DNA of 64,000 nucleotides from Balanoglossus misakiensis (taxonomy: Eukaryota > Animalia > Hemichordata): positions 5,729,808 through 5,793,807 of the forward strand of contig CM082585.2 in NCBI GenBank assembly GCA_040954595.2, in the 5' to 3' direction. Of the stretch, positions 1-30,994 are shown in pieces; position 1 is the stretch's first letter; each line of letters opens with the position of its first letter. Both the position numbers and the translations under genes were made by a program. The notes below the pieces were generated by a model that did no database searches, had not been told where the DNA came from, and worked only from the letters and a program-made list of their open reading frames with translations.

Positions 1-364
1 GCTGAAATCGAACCGATTTCCCCGACCAATATTATACCACACTGACTTCAGAAAAGACCGTTCTGGTTGCCAAATTCGTGTTGGTGTGCGACATGGCGCG
101 CCGCCAGGCGACGGGGAACCAACAATGAATATGATTTCTCGTGTGACGCCCACTACATTGCAATTCAAGTCTGCCAATTTATCAACGTTTCAGGGTTATG
201 TTTATCCAAGAAATTATCACTAATGGAATTTTTTTGTTTCAGAGAGATAGAGGCGATAATGCCCCTACCAAAAACCTTGGTGGATATATCTTTCGTGATC
301 TAATAAACTTTAAAAGGTTGTGTTACCATTGATACGACTAGCACAATCGCTACTCTTTTTGTTA

Positions 365-398
365 TGGTGGTGGTGGTGGTGGTGATGATGATGATGAC

Positions 399-456
<58 letters not shown>
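365..456. repeat. (GGT)n/(GAT)n microsatellite
   Basis: Seen directly. Confidence 0.95.
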
Positions 457-3400
457 CGTTATATTATTCTATTTTCAATTGTATTATATTTAATAACGTA
501 ATGCGCTCTATAAGAAATAAAATAATTTTAACATCACGCTCACGTGAATTGCTGGTACCAATGTCTCGGTTATCAAACCAAAACCAAAATCAAACCATGT
601 CCAAGTGATTTCCTTTGTGTATAGTAACCTTACCCCGAGATGACACGGTTGGCGGTATATCAAATTTTCTCCCACTGCCAAATGAGGTATAGGCCAATCG
701 AATACTGCGTGCTGTCCGGCCATTGTAAACATCTGACCCTCGCACGCGTACAAATTCCATTTAAATTTCCAAAGGTGATTTATGTTGGCTGTGCGTATCG
801 GGCAGGTACCTGTTCGCCCCATAAGTTGGCATGCACCCAGAAGGCAGCGTCATAATTGACCCCAGAGCATCAGTAAAACCATACAAGTTTCGAAAACTCC
901 GCTGCACTCTGTGCACTGAGTGAGTCATATTGTTCCGGGTTTTAAAGGCAGACGCCAGTGTAAATATCTGTAGTTTTAGTGCGGGCAGCAGGGAGTGTCA
1001 GAGGACAAAGTTGGGCAAGTCACGCTCGCGCTGCGGACCAACGCGCTTGGTTTTATCTGCGACGCGATCAAAGGGTGCAGTTTCGTGGGAGTGACCACGG
1101 TGCATGTGTGCGTCCACCCCATAAGGTGACGGCGGTCAGACTTCCGAGGTATTTGCTCACTCAACGTCGGTATCAACTCGGCCCACGACTCCTGGTGAAG
1201 TCCACTTTTATTACACCAGAGCTGAACGAGTGACCAAAGAACGCGTTGACTTAATAACAGACTTTTGAACTGACTGTAAAAGTCTGGACGGTCCATATTA
1301 CTGAACACGCGTTGAACGGGTTTCAACGTTTCCCCCATCGGAATACTTCAGCGACAAGGACGTATCATTTCTAACAACAACTTTGGGCGGTGATCGGAAC
1401 GTCGTGCGTTCCCAACCGTGAGGTAAGTTCAGCCATGCGTTTCTATATCTAAGTCAACAAAACGCTGACAAGACTCGGCAACTCAAGTTCGGCTTCGACA
1501 TGGCAACTTCAGCCAATTCCTAAGGTCAACCCAAATCCATTGTTAGATACAGGTTTAGGTGGAACTCAATAAATTAAACGCAAAACAGGTCTTGTTGAAT
1601 GTCAACTACATGTACTTCATAAAGGGTGTGTTCTGTTTGTCGAAATCACCGTGTAGTGTTTAAAATTCCACTGCCGGTATTTAGCACATTGCTTAGCCGC
1701 TGCAGGTCAACGGAATTCCCCCTCCCTGTAAACACACCGGTTCACTGCAAAATGTTAATTGTTTAGTACGAACTGATATCTGTAATCAACGCCAAAAATA
1801 AATATTCCCTGACCCACATTGCTTGTCACGTTTACCCACCAAATCGTCCATAGACAGCATTCTCCCGTAGCTATGAACTGATAGCATGTAAGAGCCCAGG
1901 TCAAACCATCCAGCTGATTTCGAAAAAAAGATGTAATTTCAGACGCAAAATTTCATACTGTTATCAATTTCGGATTGTTTTTGTTGACGTCCCTCATGGA
2001 TTTCAACGAGACATTATTGGCATTCCTGACACCTCACTCCTATTTTAAAGGTGACACCCTAATGCAAATAGCCGTTCTTGCAAGCGATACTAATTCGATA
2101 ATTTCATTATCTCTATACCACACCGCGATTAAAGGACAACTTTGGGGGAAATCGTTCTCTCGCCCGCGGCCACCGATATACATTTACCCGCGACATTCTT
2201 TGAAGACGTCCTGAGGGCAACCTTTCTAGTAACACCACACATGCGTCAGAATGTATTGTCCTTTGCGTCGCGTTCTATTATTTTGAAGGACACCGCCTTT
2301 ATCGACCGTCACCTGTTGACGCCACAGACAGAGCCAATGGTTGAACGTTTGTGAGACAGCGTGAAATACCAAAGAATGGGCAGGGGCTTTCGATATGAAA
2401 TTGTGTCAACATCATGGGAACATGGCCGGGTCAACCACCAGCGGTTCGTCGTCTTCTCCGGAAACTGGCGCCAACTTTGCCGGCCAATCGTGTAAGAAGA
2501 TCCACGCGTTACCAAGCCCCCCGGTCTAAATCTCACCCTGGGCTCAGTAAAAGTTTACATGTTCATGACCGAATTTTTTATCGTTAAAAAATGTCCACCC
2601 ACACTCAGGCTGTTAACATTTCAGCATATTTGAACCCCCAACCCATAGCAGCCGTCACACGTGTACCCACATGCTTCGGTGTGGGCGGGCGGCCACAAAT
2701 TATCCCCGAGGCCCTCAACAGAATTGACGAACCAAGTATGTCATTTATTTGCAGGTTTTTTTCAGATAATGTTTCTTTGCCTCTCATATATAACATTCCC
2801 GCACTAACTCAATATGGGAACGCATTTGTTATTGGCTGATACCTGATCTACCTATCACTCAATTGTCCTGTGAAAACGTACCCTAATTGTAACCGATGTT
2901 CCCGGATGTATTCGATTACATTAGTATTCGTCAACGTTGTACAAGGGGCATATGCGCAACATTACGCATGCTATGTCTAGTAAAACTAAGAGCATACATA
3001 TACACAGCGACAGTCACGGTCGTTTGAGGTCAGTTCAGTGGGCGGACGTACAACCAAATTGTTTCAAGTCTGTCACTCACAGCGTATTTACGTGCCAGCG
3101 ATATAAACAATCCCTTATACATGTACTGTATAGTAAAGTTCACAGCAAGGATATCACGGTATGGTACCCTATGCCCTAAATTTGTTCACCCCACAAGCGG
3201 TAGAGGTCTTAATATTTAAGAGCCTGGCTCCGTTTTTGGACGGGAATGCCCGGTTGGTGTGAGTGGACCGTCCCATTCACTGCGACGGGTGAATGACGCT
3301 CCTTCGCGCGCTTTCTCACTCACAAATTTGTGACGATAAAATTCTTGTCTCGGGAAAATTTTCAGCAAATTTCATGTCTCATTTTGATTTAGACGTGGTA

Positions 3401-6400
3401 AAGTCTATCCCAATTTTCCCAAATTTGTTTTAAAAGCCACATAAATTGTGCCTGAGTTTAACGTTCGTTTCCACTTATTCATTGTCATGCATGTCTGATA
3501 TAGTAACCCCCTCGAAACTGTTACTTGTCAAATGGAGAGCGGAAGGCTTGTGTCATAGAGAGGTGTGAATAGTTCACTGAGAAGTGTCATGTTCGGCAGA
3601 CGATAATATTGAATATTGTGCATCACCCGCTGTCGACGTCGTCACGTACATGTGAGAACAGCTCGCACTGTCGGGTTCGAAATTTGCTCTTGCAAGGTTA
3701 CCAGTACATGCTTTTCAAATCGGCAACTTGGATCTGGCCCACTGTTGCTATGGGTGTCTGTGCGATCGGTGGCCGCGCGCGCTCTGTTGTTGTTTAAAAA
3801 TTGTGGTCCAAAGCACCTCAGTCGTCCTGTCCCTTGACTGGTCGCTATAGATAAGTTAACTGTATTGATTTTTGTTGTTATTTGACAACTGTTGGCCTCT
3901 GAAGGAGCTCAGACAACGAAGCCTGTTGGCATCTGCTTGGTCGGATTCGGATATTTTAACTATAGCAACCCCTTCAAAGAACTTCACCGGTGGTTAGCCT
4001 GTAAACCTACAACACAGGACCGAAGTCACTTCGGAAGTAAATTGACTTGAGTGGCAAAGTGATATATGGCTAACGACAATCAGACCAGTGTCGCTCACGC
4101 GACGACAACAAACCACAACAACGACGTCAACTCCACCTGAATTACAACATCGCAGTGACGTCACACATTCCAGTTTTTGAAAGGCAGCGTTGTGACGTGC
4201 ACGAGCACTCGATCGCACAGGTGGATACTAGTATGTCAACCAATTGTCTCCCCATGCTATTATAATTCACCAGGGCGTTAACACGTCAAACAAAATCCTG
4301 ACGTTTGAGTTACAGCGCCGTTATCAGCGCATATTTACCGACTATTACACACTTCCAAAACAAACAAGAAACCGTATGATCGGCGAAATAAAAAGTCCAC
4401 ACCATTCAAGAAAGTCTATAGGCCCTTCTGTGAGATGCGGACCTCTGATTATTGTTGACGTCACGCGCGTGCGAAACATGGCCGGATTCAACGGCTTTAG
4501 CAAGGTGTGAGTCTAAAATTAAGGTGGGTTGTTATCTTGTAGCGTTATCTGTGGCTGTCTAGGTGATTAAGGATTTACGTGCACTGGATACGGTGTAAGG
4601 TAGCCCAATCCAATTATTGGCCGGTGTTCCGCGCGGATCGCCACGGGCGTGAGCAGATCAAATGTAGCGGTAGGGACGCACGTGAACCTCCGGTTAACCG
4701 TTACGCCGTTGCACCACTCGGCAAACACTCGTCTTTGTTTTTACATCACCCCAGCGCTGTGTACATTTCAGATCGAGCCGTTTGCCAAACGGATTTAACT
4801 TGTACGGGTTGGTGTTTCAACAGAGAAGCGTGTTTGCTGCCGTGGAAATAGTACAAATACTCGGCTCACGCACCTAGCGAGGCCGCGATACCGGAGTCCT
4901 CACCAAATACCGCAAATGCTTCGGTAGCGCAATCATCGTCCAAATTTGCCCACGGACACTCCGCCACAAATAGGTCGAATAGAATCGAACCAAAACTGTT
5001 TGGAAAATTCGTCGCCTCCACACTGAGAGCAAGGCGCCTTCAGAAGAGTAGTAGGTAAGTTTGTTTTTTCCAAACAGTGGCATAACTTTAAATCAATCGT
5101 GACCTTGTATGTACAAGCGCAACCGAAGTATTTGGTAATCAATTTCAACTTGGAGTGGGTACTTCAGTTTTACATTAAAAGAACAACATTTCCGGACTCA
5201 TTTTCGACATGTGGCTTTTGCGGACGCGACTGAAGCACATCCACTTTATTTCAAATTCTTGTTGGTTCGTATTTGGTTCCAGGACAGATCGGCACGTTTA
5301 ATGTTGAGGGAGACATGTGTTATATTAGTGGGCTAACTGAGTATTGGGCGGGGGCGGGGGGGGGGGTCACAGGAGTCTCTGCAGCGAATCATGGGAAAGT
5401 AAACTTGAAGTCGAGAAGGAAACCCCGAATTTCATTTTAGGTGCAGTTTGCGTTCAGATTCGAGTACATGTACTCAGAAAGGTGTACGTCTGTCAAGCGC
5501 TCGTGGTGTTTCTGACGAATTGGTGTTATCGCGTTTGTTAAACTTTGAAGTGTCTTATATTGCCGTTTTGTCCATTGTGTATCACGATCGTCACGGTATA
5601 ACGGGAGATCAACATTGGGAGATAGTCGGAGTGACTGACGAGTGACGTGGTTGACTGGTGTCTGGTACATACACCTGTGACTTCGGTTTTTATCTTTGTT
5701 AAAGGGACATTAGTCTTCACAAACATGTTGTTTTGATAAGCTAAATTCTGGGCATTTCATCATGTTTCAGGAACTTGAACAACAAACTGCAGTAGATACA
5801 CAAAAACAAAAATACTAAAAACGCAGCAATGAGTTACAGCTACATGTAATGGAGCTCTAAATAGAGTTTGATTAAACTTTGATGCGCAGTCATATGCATC
5901 GGTCAACCGACGAATGCCGTGAAAAAAACCAACAGTTGCGCTGTGTACGTCGACAGTGGCATGCGTATATTTGATATGAGATTGAATAATGTTATTAGGA
6001 AATACATTCCGCAAGACCGGCCTATAGGTTTAGTCGCAGGGTGTGTGTCTACGCCCATATATTCGTCGTCTGTATTATGAAAAGCTACGCAACAATTTAG
6101 TCGTCGGCGATGTGCGGGCATTCCGGGACAATTCATCGCGGACGTATTTCCCGCATGTGGACTATCCTAAAAATCCAAACTACTGCGTTCTTGCGCATGC
6201 CCAGCTTTGTGTACATATCGTTCTCAAAAAATTTTAAGACGTCTCGCCACAGACATGATAGTATATTTTTTACCACCACGATCTTCAGAAGCAGAGATTT
6301 GACCCAGTACAAAAACACTGCTTTGCCATTTATTGCACCTGAGTGATCAGTCACATTTACTGCACTAAAGTGAATATCCAGTCAAATCATTGAAGACAAT

Positions 6401-9400
6401 GCGTCCCTCCCCTCGCCCCTCACGTCACCATAGTTACCATGTCGTCATTTTTTGATCCCCAAACTTGTTAATGATAAGATTACTGCATGTAGGTGTCCAA
6501 GTTATGAAGTGTCGCCTGTCAAGCACTGTCACAAATAGTTTTTAATCTGAATCGTTTGGTTCCAGAAATGATTCGATTTCATTCATCCCAAATATGGGAT
6601 GGTAATACAGAGCAGACTGTTGACGAGTCTTATAATCACACACCAGCCTCGGCCAAATACAGTCTAGCTACTTGATATCATGGCTTGATGTCACTATGCT
6701 GCATTAGTAGATGACTACCACTGCGGTAATATCGCCTGGAATGACTTCACAATACCTTTAAACGTGATTAGAATTTGAACGGCTGCGTAGAAATTTGTGT
6801 GACGATTATGTTGCGCGCGCAACTCCTCGTCGTCCTATGCAGCTTGATGTTACCAGCATAATATAATATCAAATTATAAAACAATTTTATTGAAATGTTT
6901 TTAGAACAACATGTGTATGTTTTTTTCTGAAAATCTGTCGCCGAGAAGCATATACTACCTTAATTGGGGAAAACAGTTAAAGGAAACGGTGTTTGTCGTT
7001 ATAACGAAAAATACTACACCGCCTGTGGGAAATACGAAAGAAACACACCCAAATACCGTATACTTTATTCGCTCATGGTCGGGTAACTAAGACCCCCATC
7101 TGGTTCTGAGTAGTAAACGTCTTGCCCTGTGCATGCCTTTACATGGAAACTGCGGAAACGAACCAAGAGCCGAGAGGTCAGTTTTGGCCCGAAAATTCAC
7201 ATTCCCGGACACCTCGGAGAAACACACCCAAATTATGTCCGCCTCATCCGCTCATGGCGTGGTCGGGTATTGCCGACTCTGCCCCACTGGCATTCAACCC
7301 CCCCCCCCCACGCTCTGAGTATAGTGACCCTTGGGCAGTATCTGCCGTGGGTTTTACATATGTGCGGAAACTCGAAAGCAGACTTTACAGTTTACAATGG
7401 TGGGAAATCTGATAGTCGTGGGCCTGACATTACTTAATAGATCACGGCAAAACTCCCGGGGCGAATGCTTCACAGAAACCTTGCTTTCTGCGATGTCCGG
7501 ATCCGTATCAATGCACTGCCCACAATTTTGTCGTCGGCTTGTTATCCGCCTGTGTCATACTTCGATGCCAACCGCGCTTCTCCGAAGAGCGAGCTGTATC
7601 GTTACATGGCATGCGAGATAAACTTAGCATAGACGTCGTGTTCACATTGCGTCATACAATACGCTTCGATATTTCGAATCATTAACTCTCCCATCGTCAT
7701 CTTTCAAAAAATAAACTTTTAACGCATTTGTTCTCAAATTTTGATTCAGGCCTGAAATTGGTCTAAAATTAAGGAAATAAATCTGAGTGAAAACGTCAGA
7801 ATATTGTAATACATTTATTGAGATCTCGAACAAGTACGACGGGCAAGATCGTTGGGACGACAGTTGTACAATAGAGCAGTCCGTCGTCACCTGATATCTG
7901 CAAAACGGAAGTTAAGTGTCCTGGATCATACCGGGTCATACAATACTTCTCGTTCCATGATCTACATTAACTTGTTTCAGTTCATCCTTTTTTATCTCGC
8001 GTTGCTTACATCGTTCATAGAAAAGAAAAAAACGCTACTTCGGTTGACAGGCAGAAAAATCTAAAAACGGAAAGAAATGTCACCGCACTACATATATCAG
8101 TTTCGTTATACTGATATATGAATGGGAAGTAAATCGCTCTCTGTAAAGTTCCATGCATTGCGCGGAAATATTACCAATTCTTTGAAAACGCAGCAAGTAC
8201 GACGCAGTACGCAAACCGACCCCAGATGAATTCTGCGCAGGAGATGTAGTAAAAGCAGCAGTAGACTCGCGACTATTGTCAAACACAGGCTACAAGTGGG
8301 AAAAACACGATCGAAAACACGATACAGATTTGAATCTGACAGTTGAAGTCGACCTGTTTCTTCAGTGGTATCGGACCGGAAACGTCATCTAAATACGCCG
8401 GAAACTCTACCTAGAACTTCGGTCTAGTAAGATCTCATATCATCTTCTACATCAATTTATAATCACATAACTTAGGTTGTTTTGGTCGGTGCAGTCAAAA
8501 AATATCAACAGGCAACGCGAAAATGACTTGTTTATATACAACACAAAGACGTTGCTGTGTCTAGGTACGGAGTTTGACAGGGTTGCAAGACCACGAAGTT
8601 TATTATACAGTGGGTGACGCAATTTTCTTGTCCCCCACGTGACCTTACATCCTCGTATTTTGGTTGGTAAGAATCCATCAGGTTGACTAAAACCTCTACA
8701 AACATTACCATTGCAGCTGTAGTCAAGACACTGTGTACTGAATTACAAAAATGACTCTTTTCCAAGAAGTATTTTACACGTTTCTTGAAGTTGTCCCAAA
8801 ATGTTGATTTTCTTGGCAACCCCACGCCAACGGAAGTACAAGGATGAAAGGTCATATACGGGTCACGAAAGTGACATACTCTTGTTTGTTATACACGTGC
8901 TGTTATAGTGCGCGACCTATGACCTGTCCTGTGCCAAATGGCAGACATTTTACTTGTGTCTTTCGAAACTAAAGAATATCGCATAACACATTGTGCCTTG
9001 TCCTTCACCCATAATATGTGTATCGGATATCAAAATCATATTTGAGATATACGTCGTGTTTTTGAGCTTCTTTTCACTGAGATTTCGCACAATTCTGCAG
9101 AAGAAAACAAAACAAAACAATGGCGTAATAGAACGTGGAATAGTGTCTGGTCGCTGAACAAATAAGCTGTGGTCTATAGCAAAAGACAAAATTTTATATT
9201 TGAGGAGATGCGTGCCATGACCTACATGTACATTTGTCTATGCAGGACAGTGGCGCTAGTCCTCCCGCCTCATCAGACACCACTGTCCATAACACGATCA
9301 TAGCCTGAGATATACACGTTTACAGAGTCAGCAATGACCAAAAACGAGCAAAAGCGATGAAAGCCAGACGGATACCATGAGGGAATCCAATCGCAGACAT

Positions 9401-10924
9401 GACATTCAAGAACACTGACAAGACAAGGGGACGAGGTTAGATTTGATAGAAACAGGCTCGGGCAAGTCAGAAAAAATGGTTTCGAGTGTTGAAAGCTTAA
9501 CTTAAAACAGTCCTATCTCTCTGATTAACATACTGTAGTATAAATTGACAAACACTGACGGAATGTTGTCCCTTCGCCAACTTTGAGTGTAAGCAGGACA
9601 AGAAATGGTTCACGGCGCCGAGCAAAGATTTATCAGAACATGGACCACCTGGTTGACATATTGGATCACCAAGTGACTGATGTACGTGCATATGTATACC
9701 AATTGTGACTAACCTACCGATGAGGTCCGACCCAGAGAGGGGTTTAATGGCCGCTTTAATTTTGTGACCCAGGGGTCATAGGTCACCAGGTTCGACAAAG
9801 TTCATAAAACATAAGTGCGCTTTTCCGGGGCTGTCGTGTAAACTTTCCGCTGTCTTGACTTCCCGCGCGTGTAGCCTAATTCCACGAAAGTCAGAACCAA
9901 CAGTCAAAGCACAGAAATATTTCCTTGTTTATGCCAGTCGTATCGTTGTGCAGGTACATGGTTAGGTTTGGAAGCATTGAGCCTATATAGTGTGTTGTTT
10001 TTTGGCGACAACGCAAGTATATGCGGGTAAGTTAACGACCTCTACCATAAAAAAGTTATACTAGTTTGGTCAGTGGATGGTGGGAGTGTTCAATAGGGTA
10101 GTCCACAGTCATCATGGTCAAAGTGGTATGTTGCGTGGTTATGCACGGTTATCGCCCGGTAAACGACCAAAATAACTGCTCCTCGCTTCTTAATGTGTAC
10201 TGGCATAGACTCGGACAGCAGGTCAACGTATGCCAGTATGAGATAAGCGTCCTAACTGCGCTGTGATGACAGATCAACGTGCCCCACGTAATCAAGACCA
10301 ATCTCCCCATCTTGAAAGATTTATTTCGGCAGTGTACACCACCACCAATTGCTTGACATACTCGATGCACTTGTTTGCATCGTAGTCTGTGGGGAATAGG
10401 TCGTCATACATGCCCACAAGTGCTGGCCAACCACTTTTTTGTTGACTCTAACTGATGAACTATACCTTATCAAAAACGAGTTATCACTAATCAATCTCTC
10501 GATTGTTGGTTGTTGTTCATGGGTGGAGTGCTCTGTAGGTTTTTATGGCCAGTGTTTACGACGTACCTTGCTTGATTTTTCAGTATTTACCTTTAGCGGG
10601 CACGAATTTTATTGTATTTGTGTGGTGAATTACATTTTAATGTTAAACCGCAATAAAAAAAAAAAAACCTTTGTACACACATGCCAAAATAAACTTGTCG
10701 CTTGTTTCAGATTTTACCCATGATCCAAGTTTAGTGTCCTGTAGTTTGGGCGCAATATAGCGAGAAGTACAAAAACTATCTTGAAGATGGCGCGAATTTG
10801 TGTGTACAATTGCATACATCTTTCCCTTGCCTAGTCGGTTGACCACAAGAGGAACGTTTAGAGAAGTTCTGTGAAGTTCCTCAAACATATACGAGGAAGG
10901 AGAGTGTCCAATGATAGTTTTTAA

Positions 10925-10976
10925 AAACAAACAAACAAACAAACAAACAAACAAACAAACAAACAAACAAACAAAC
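10925..10976. repeat. (AAAC)n microsatellite
   Basis: Seen directly. Confidence 0.95.
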
Positions 10977-13900
10977 ACAGCCGATCGATATGTTTCATTG
11001 GAAAGTAAGGAAGCATGACGGGAAGCAAATAATAAATTTCCTTCATTTTGAGGAACTTTACGACAACATATTTTTTTGCAGTTTCGATGTGTTCTAATTT
11101 TGGGACAAAATTTTGCGAAATATCCCCCCGGAAATAAGTGTGTCAGAAAGGGATTTGTGCTTCCCCCTTAATACTAAGAAATCAACCGGCCGTTTTCATG
11201 ACCTCTGCATGACCCCACATTCTGGTATCAATCGACCAGGTTGGTGAGTAACTGTAAAAAAGCTCTATAACCCTAGCTGTATTCGATGAATTGTGAACTG
11301 AATCGGCCCGAAAATGTTTGTCAACAACATTCCAGCGGAAATACCACGCACGTGACGACGCAAGGTCATGCAGGGGTCATGGAAATGGCCAATTTCCCTT
11401 TTCAACGAATTTCCAACGTCCTTCCACCTATCGGAACATGAATGCACTGTACAGAACGATCAGGGCTGACGTTGCCGTCGGTCGGGCTGTCGTTGTCGAA
11501 TAAAATTTTAACGTTGGTACAAAAAAGTGTCCAAAACTGACCAAACTTAGCTTGGTACCATTTACTTCTTCAACTAGACTATTCGACGATTCATACTTCG
11601 CATTATAACCGTATTTTACAAGGGGAGGATTCTACTTTGCTGCTTCTGTTGTTCATATTCGAGGTGTTGTCAAAAACACTGCATATTTGGATGGGTCACG
11701 AGTTCCATATAGACAACAGAATTGTTTGTGTTTATCCCAAGTGATGTTCGGTATTTCATGTCTCCAATTGATACGAGACAGTCCAATCTTCACACTTCTG
11801 AATGTGTCGTAAACACTGTCAGGTTATTTACTCCTCCAGCTTCCGTCTACTGTTAGTAGTTGTAATAAATTGCTCTGTTGACGGATGAGGAAGGCAATTT
11901 TGTAACTCACGAAACTGCTTGTCATCATTATCAAGAATTTGACAAATGTCATGTTTTCAGAGAAACACACCGTGACGCTTATAGTCGGTCAAGTGCTGTC
12001 TGTACGTCTGGCTATTTTTTGCACGGATCGTTTTGTACTAGTATATCCATTACGGTTCCTTGTTATGGTTAAAGGGAAAGAGTCGTGTGAACTGCGCATG
12101 TGCGACTTTTACTGTTTTTACAGCGATGTTCCCTCTGTTCAGGGAAACCCTGCAAATCAATACATGTTGTATTAAAGTAACTTGGAAATGTGATGAACGT
12201 TAATATTCAAAAGGTATATATACGCAGTCACTTCAGTTTCGACATATCTACCTTCAGACTGCATGTTCACCGGATCTAGCTGTGTCATGTTTCGAACATT
12301 GAAACTTGGCCATAGTTGATTAATACCGGTTTTGCGACAAAATTAGACTTCGGAAGCAACAATTGAAACACAGCTTGTGGAAGTTCTGTATGTAAGTGTC
12401 GAGTTACGATAGTGACACTTCGGATATACTGCGGAGACACATCTCAAACATCAACAGTCAGTATCGCGATCCGCCGTCGACCACACGTGACCCCCCTTTC
12501 CCGGTACATTGTGATAGTGGCAGCCGGGGCTCTGGCGGCCGAAGCGTGCTGAAAACATTGTGAACAGTAAGTCACACTACAGATTTCGATTCAGTGTCAC
12601 AATTACAGGGAGACTGAAATCGAAATCTATACACTGCACACTAAGTTGTTCTCGACTGTGGAAAGACAGCACACGACTGTGCTATTAATCGAGCAACTTT
12701 TAAGAGTTCACGACTCAGCATGGCAGTAAGTCTGCATTTTGGCAACTTTAGGGAAAGTTTCTGGGCCTTTCTCAGGAAATCACCCAGTTGACTTTTGATT
12801 GATCTATCGTGGCAGCGTTTTGACGTACAAGAAAAAGTAGACAAAATGCAGGATATGTTAGCTTTATATAGAGTATACTAGTATGTTGTGAACCGTCCCG
12901 CACACGCATGCGTTGTATACGTACTGGAAGTTAACTGACGACAGGGGAGGGAAATCTGATTGAGTTATGGTAAGTTTATTTGGAACGTCTTTCAGCTGTC
13001 AAATTTGCACAAACACGGCCCTGGGCGCCAGCATTTCTGACCCAACATGTATATTCTGGTCGACTCATGTTCCGCGACCTGTTGCTAGTCGTGTGTTGGT
13101 TGAATCACCAGGCAATTGGGACTCGAGAATTGAGAAATCCGATAACACTCGGCCAATAGTACAACAGACGCGCGCGTCTGTTGGACGGAGAACTTACTGC
13201 GTAACTCAAGAAGCTATGGAGGGTGCGTGTTGTGAAGTCTTTACCACGCATAACAGCAAATATGTGGACGCAGATCACCTAAATGGGTTTTTTTGCTGTC
13301 GTCACGATGTTGGGTTGACTGTCACTGTTGTGAAGAACCTCTGGATCAGCGAACGTGATTAAGCACAGAAACAAAGACACTGTCACTGAGAGAACAATGT
13401 GAAATGCTTTAAATCAATGATTATATACATTTCATATTGATACTGACTGCAGAGCTGACCGACCTCGATGCCTCGCACCGACCTCCTTTTATTGATGACC
13501 CGGTTGGTCTGTCTTAATCTGTTTATCCGCAGTCCAATTATTTATGTACATGTATACTCTTTCTACGGAAACTGAGCTCGTGGTATATATCTTGCAGAGT
13601 GTCCATTCTGTGGTCAATCATTATAAGGGGGCATTGTACTTTGAATGGCGGTTTTGACCAAATTTCGCCTGTACATGTTGGCTCGTCTTAAACCGACACA
13701 TAGTAGGCAACACGTCACCATCCCGACATCCTGACAAAACGTTGCAATTGTGTAAAAAGCCTCATAACGTTTAATCGTTGGTCCACCCATCATAGAGTGG
13801 GCGTAAAATGCCAAGGGTCGCTCAGTAAAATTTTGCTGTTGTTCAAGTTATCGGAACCATGGTGTTTCTGTTCGGGTTCGTATTCCACATTTGACACAAG

Positions 13901-14218
13901 TTGGATGCTTAGTTGATGGACCCCAATTATTAAATTTAATGTCCCCGAAGTACCCCGTCAGCGCCCAATGAAGTATGAAGTCATATGAGCGATTTGGTTA
14001 CTTTTCGAAACGTATGGCAAGATCCCTCAAAATAGACAATGTAAATACAAAGTTTGCGTCGACAAGATATGCACTAAAAAGTCGTTTCATCTATCCATCC
14101 ATTCGTCATCAATTTAACGTTCTTGTCTTGCAGAACTATTTCGACCATTTTCTTCTACCGTAACGTATTACGCAGTTATCGACACGTACTCAACGCTGAG
14201 TGCTGACATCATCCAATT

Positions 14219-29491
<15,273 letters not shown>

Positions 29492-30988
29492 AATCCGCGG
29501 CGAGTAGTGCCTTTCATGGTCTGATAGTTTTTCTTCTGTATTGACAAGAGTAAAAGACAGGTGTGCAGAAAAACAGAACAGCAGTTTTGGACGAACAGAA
29601 CAGAAGCGAGGTAGGAATGATTTCCTGCCCTAACTACCACCAGCGGGTATTCGTGGAAACAACGTCAAGCCATCTTACAGGAGTAAGCGGCCATTTTCTT
29701 CACAACGTAAATGGCGATGACGCGTTGAAAGTTGTGTACAAGAAATCGTGACGTCTATGCCAAAAATTCATGAATGACAATAACAACTATTCAACGATGA
29801 AATGTAGCGGCTGTCAAGTTTGGGGAAAGAAATGTCGTCATTTGTCACTCTGTACTGGGTAATATTGGCAATGGTTCAAATTTTCGTTGGTAATTAGGAT
29901 GTAATTCAGCTTTTCACTATGACACTTTCATTACACGTGTGTTTCATTACAGGCCATGTGCATATGGTCTTCGCGAAAATAACTACCAGAATTAATCGCA
30001 TTGATTCTACAGCCTCGGTAGTTTCGTCTTGTCACATTTTTTTATCTTTTGATTAAAACCATGGCCATTTTATGATTTTATAGACATGAGTATGTTGCAA
30101 TAATTGTTCGGGTATTCAAATCAGATGGTACTGATTCATTACTTCTGGTGAATATTCATGTACTTCGGATCGTGCTTTGCATATGATAACACGTTGGTGT
30201 TCGGTGTATCAACTCTGAAATAGGTTGGTACTGCTGCAAAGTTTAAACAAAGGTCAATTGGAGTTCAATTGAATGCATGATATGCCGCTACCGGGGTCTA
30301 ATTGTCTGTGAAGATATAGCCAAGTAATCGATAATTCAGACTTAACAGTAAATCACGATTGTGGAGTTGAAATCACCGACAGAAACATTTAATCTTAGGA
30401 GCGACGTCAAAAGTTCAGTGTCAGATGAAAGCTCATTTCCTTTAGTTTAGTAGGGGGTGGCTTACTCCTAGAGTTTCTTATTCGACAAATTGATTGGCAG
30501 AGATGCGTATTCTTGGTTAAATGCAGAAGGCAGGAGGGGGTTTAATTACATGAGATGTCGAATGCACTGCGTAAACCAGTTCACCTTCACAGAGTGCTGA
30601 ACTTTAACCACTATAGAGTTATAGTATTTTGATTCTGTTACATACATTGATGTTTTAAAGCCTCACGATCCGAAACTGTTCATCTCCAAATGTACATGGC
30701 CTCGTGGTGAAGTTCAATATAAGCCAAATTGGTTTTTAAGTGTGTTTGGGAAGGGTGTGTGTGCAAGGTATTAAGTTTTTATCAGTCATTGAACTTCTGA
30801 CGTCGCCCGTCAGTCGGTGTAACATTAAATGGATTATTTTGGTACATTTCTAATTGTAAGCGAGATTTATGTTAATATTATGTCATACATTCCAAATAAT
30901 CATGTCCAATATTGGAGTAGGGATTGTGTAAAGTTTTGATACCACAAAGTAATACTTTTATCACTTTTATGACTACGTATAATCTTTG

Positions 30989-30994
30989 AATAAA
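30989..30994 (+). other. Candidate poly(A) signal of the ABCC4-like gene
   Basis: AATAAA about 1.5 kb after the stop codon, at the end of an AT-rich UTR-like stretch. Confidence 0.35.

Noticed and set aside
13818-13890. tRNA or SINE suggested by B-box-like GGTTCG (also near 3674, 9790, 22015 and 47832)
   Set aside because: No matching A box or cloverleaf could be built.
1-14000. Dozens of 60-130 aa ORFs in the track
   Set aside because: No recognisable domains and no consistent exon chain. Many use TTG/GTG starts that are not meaningful for animal DNA.
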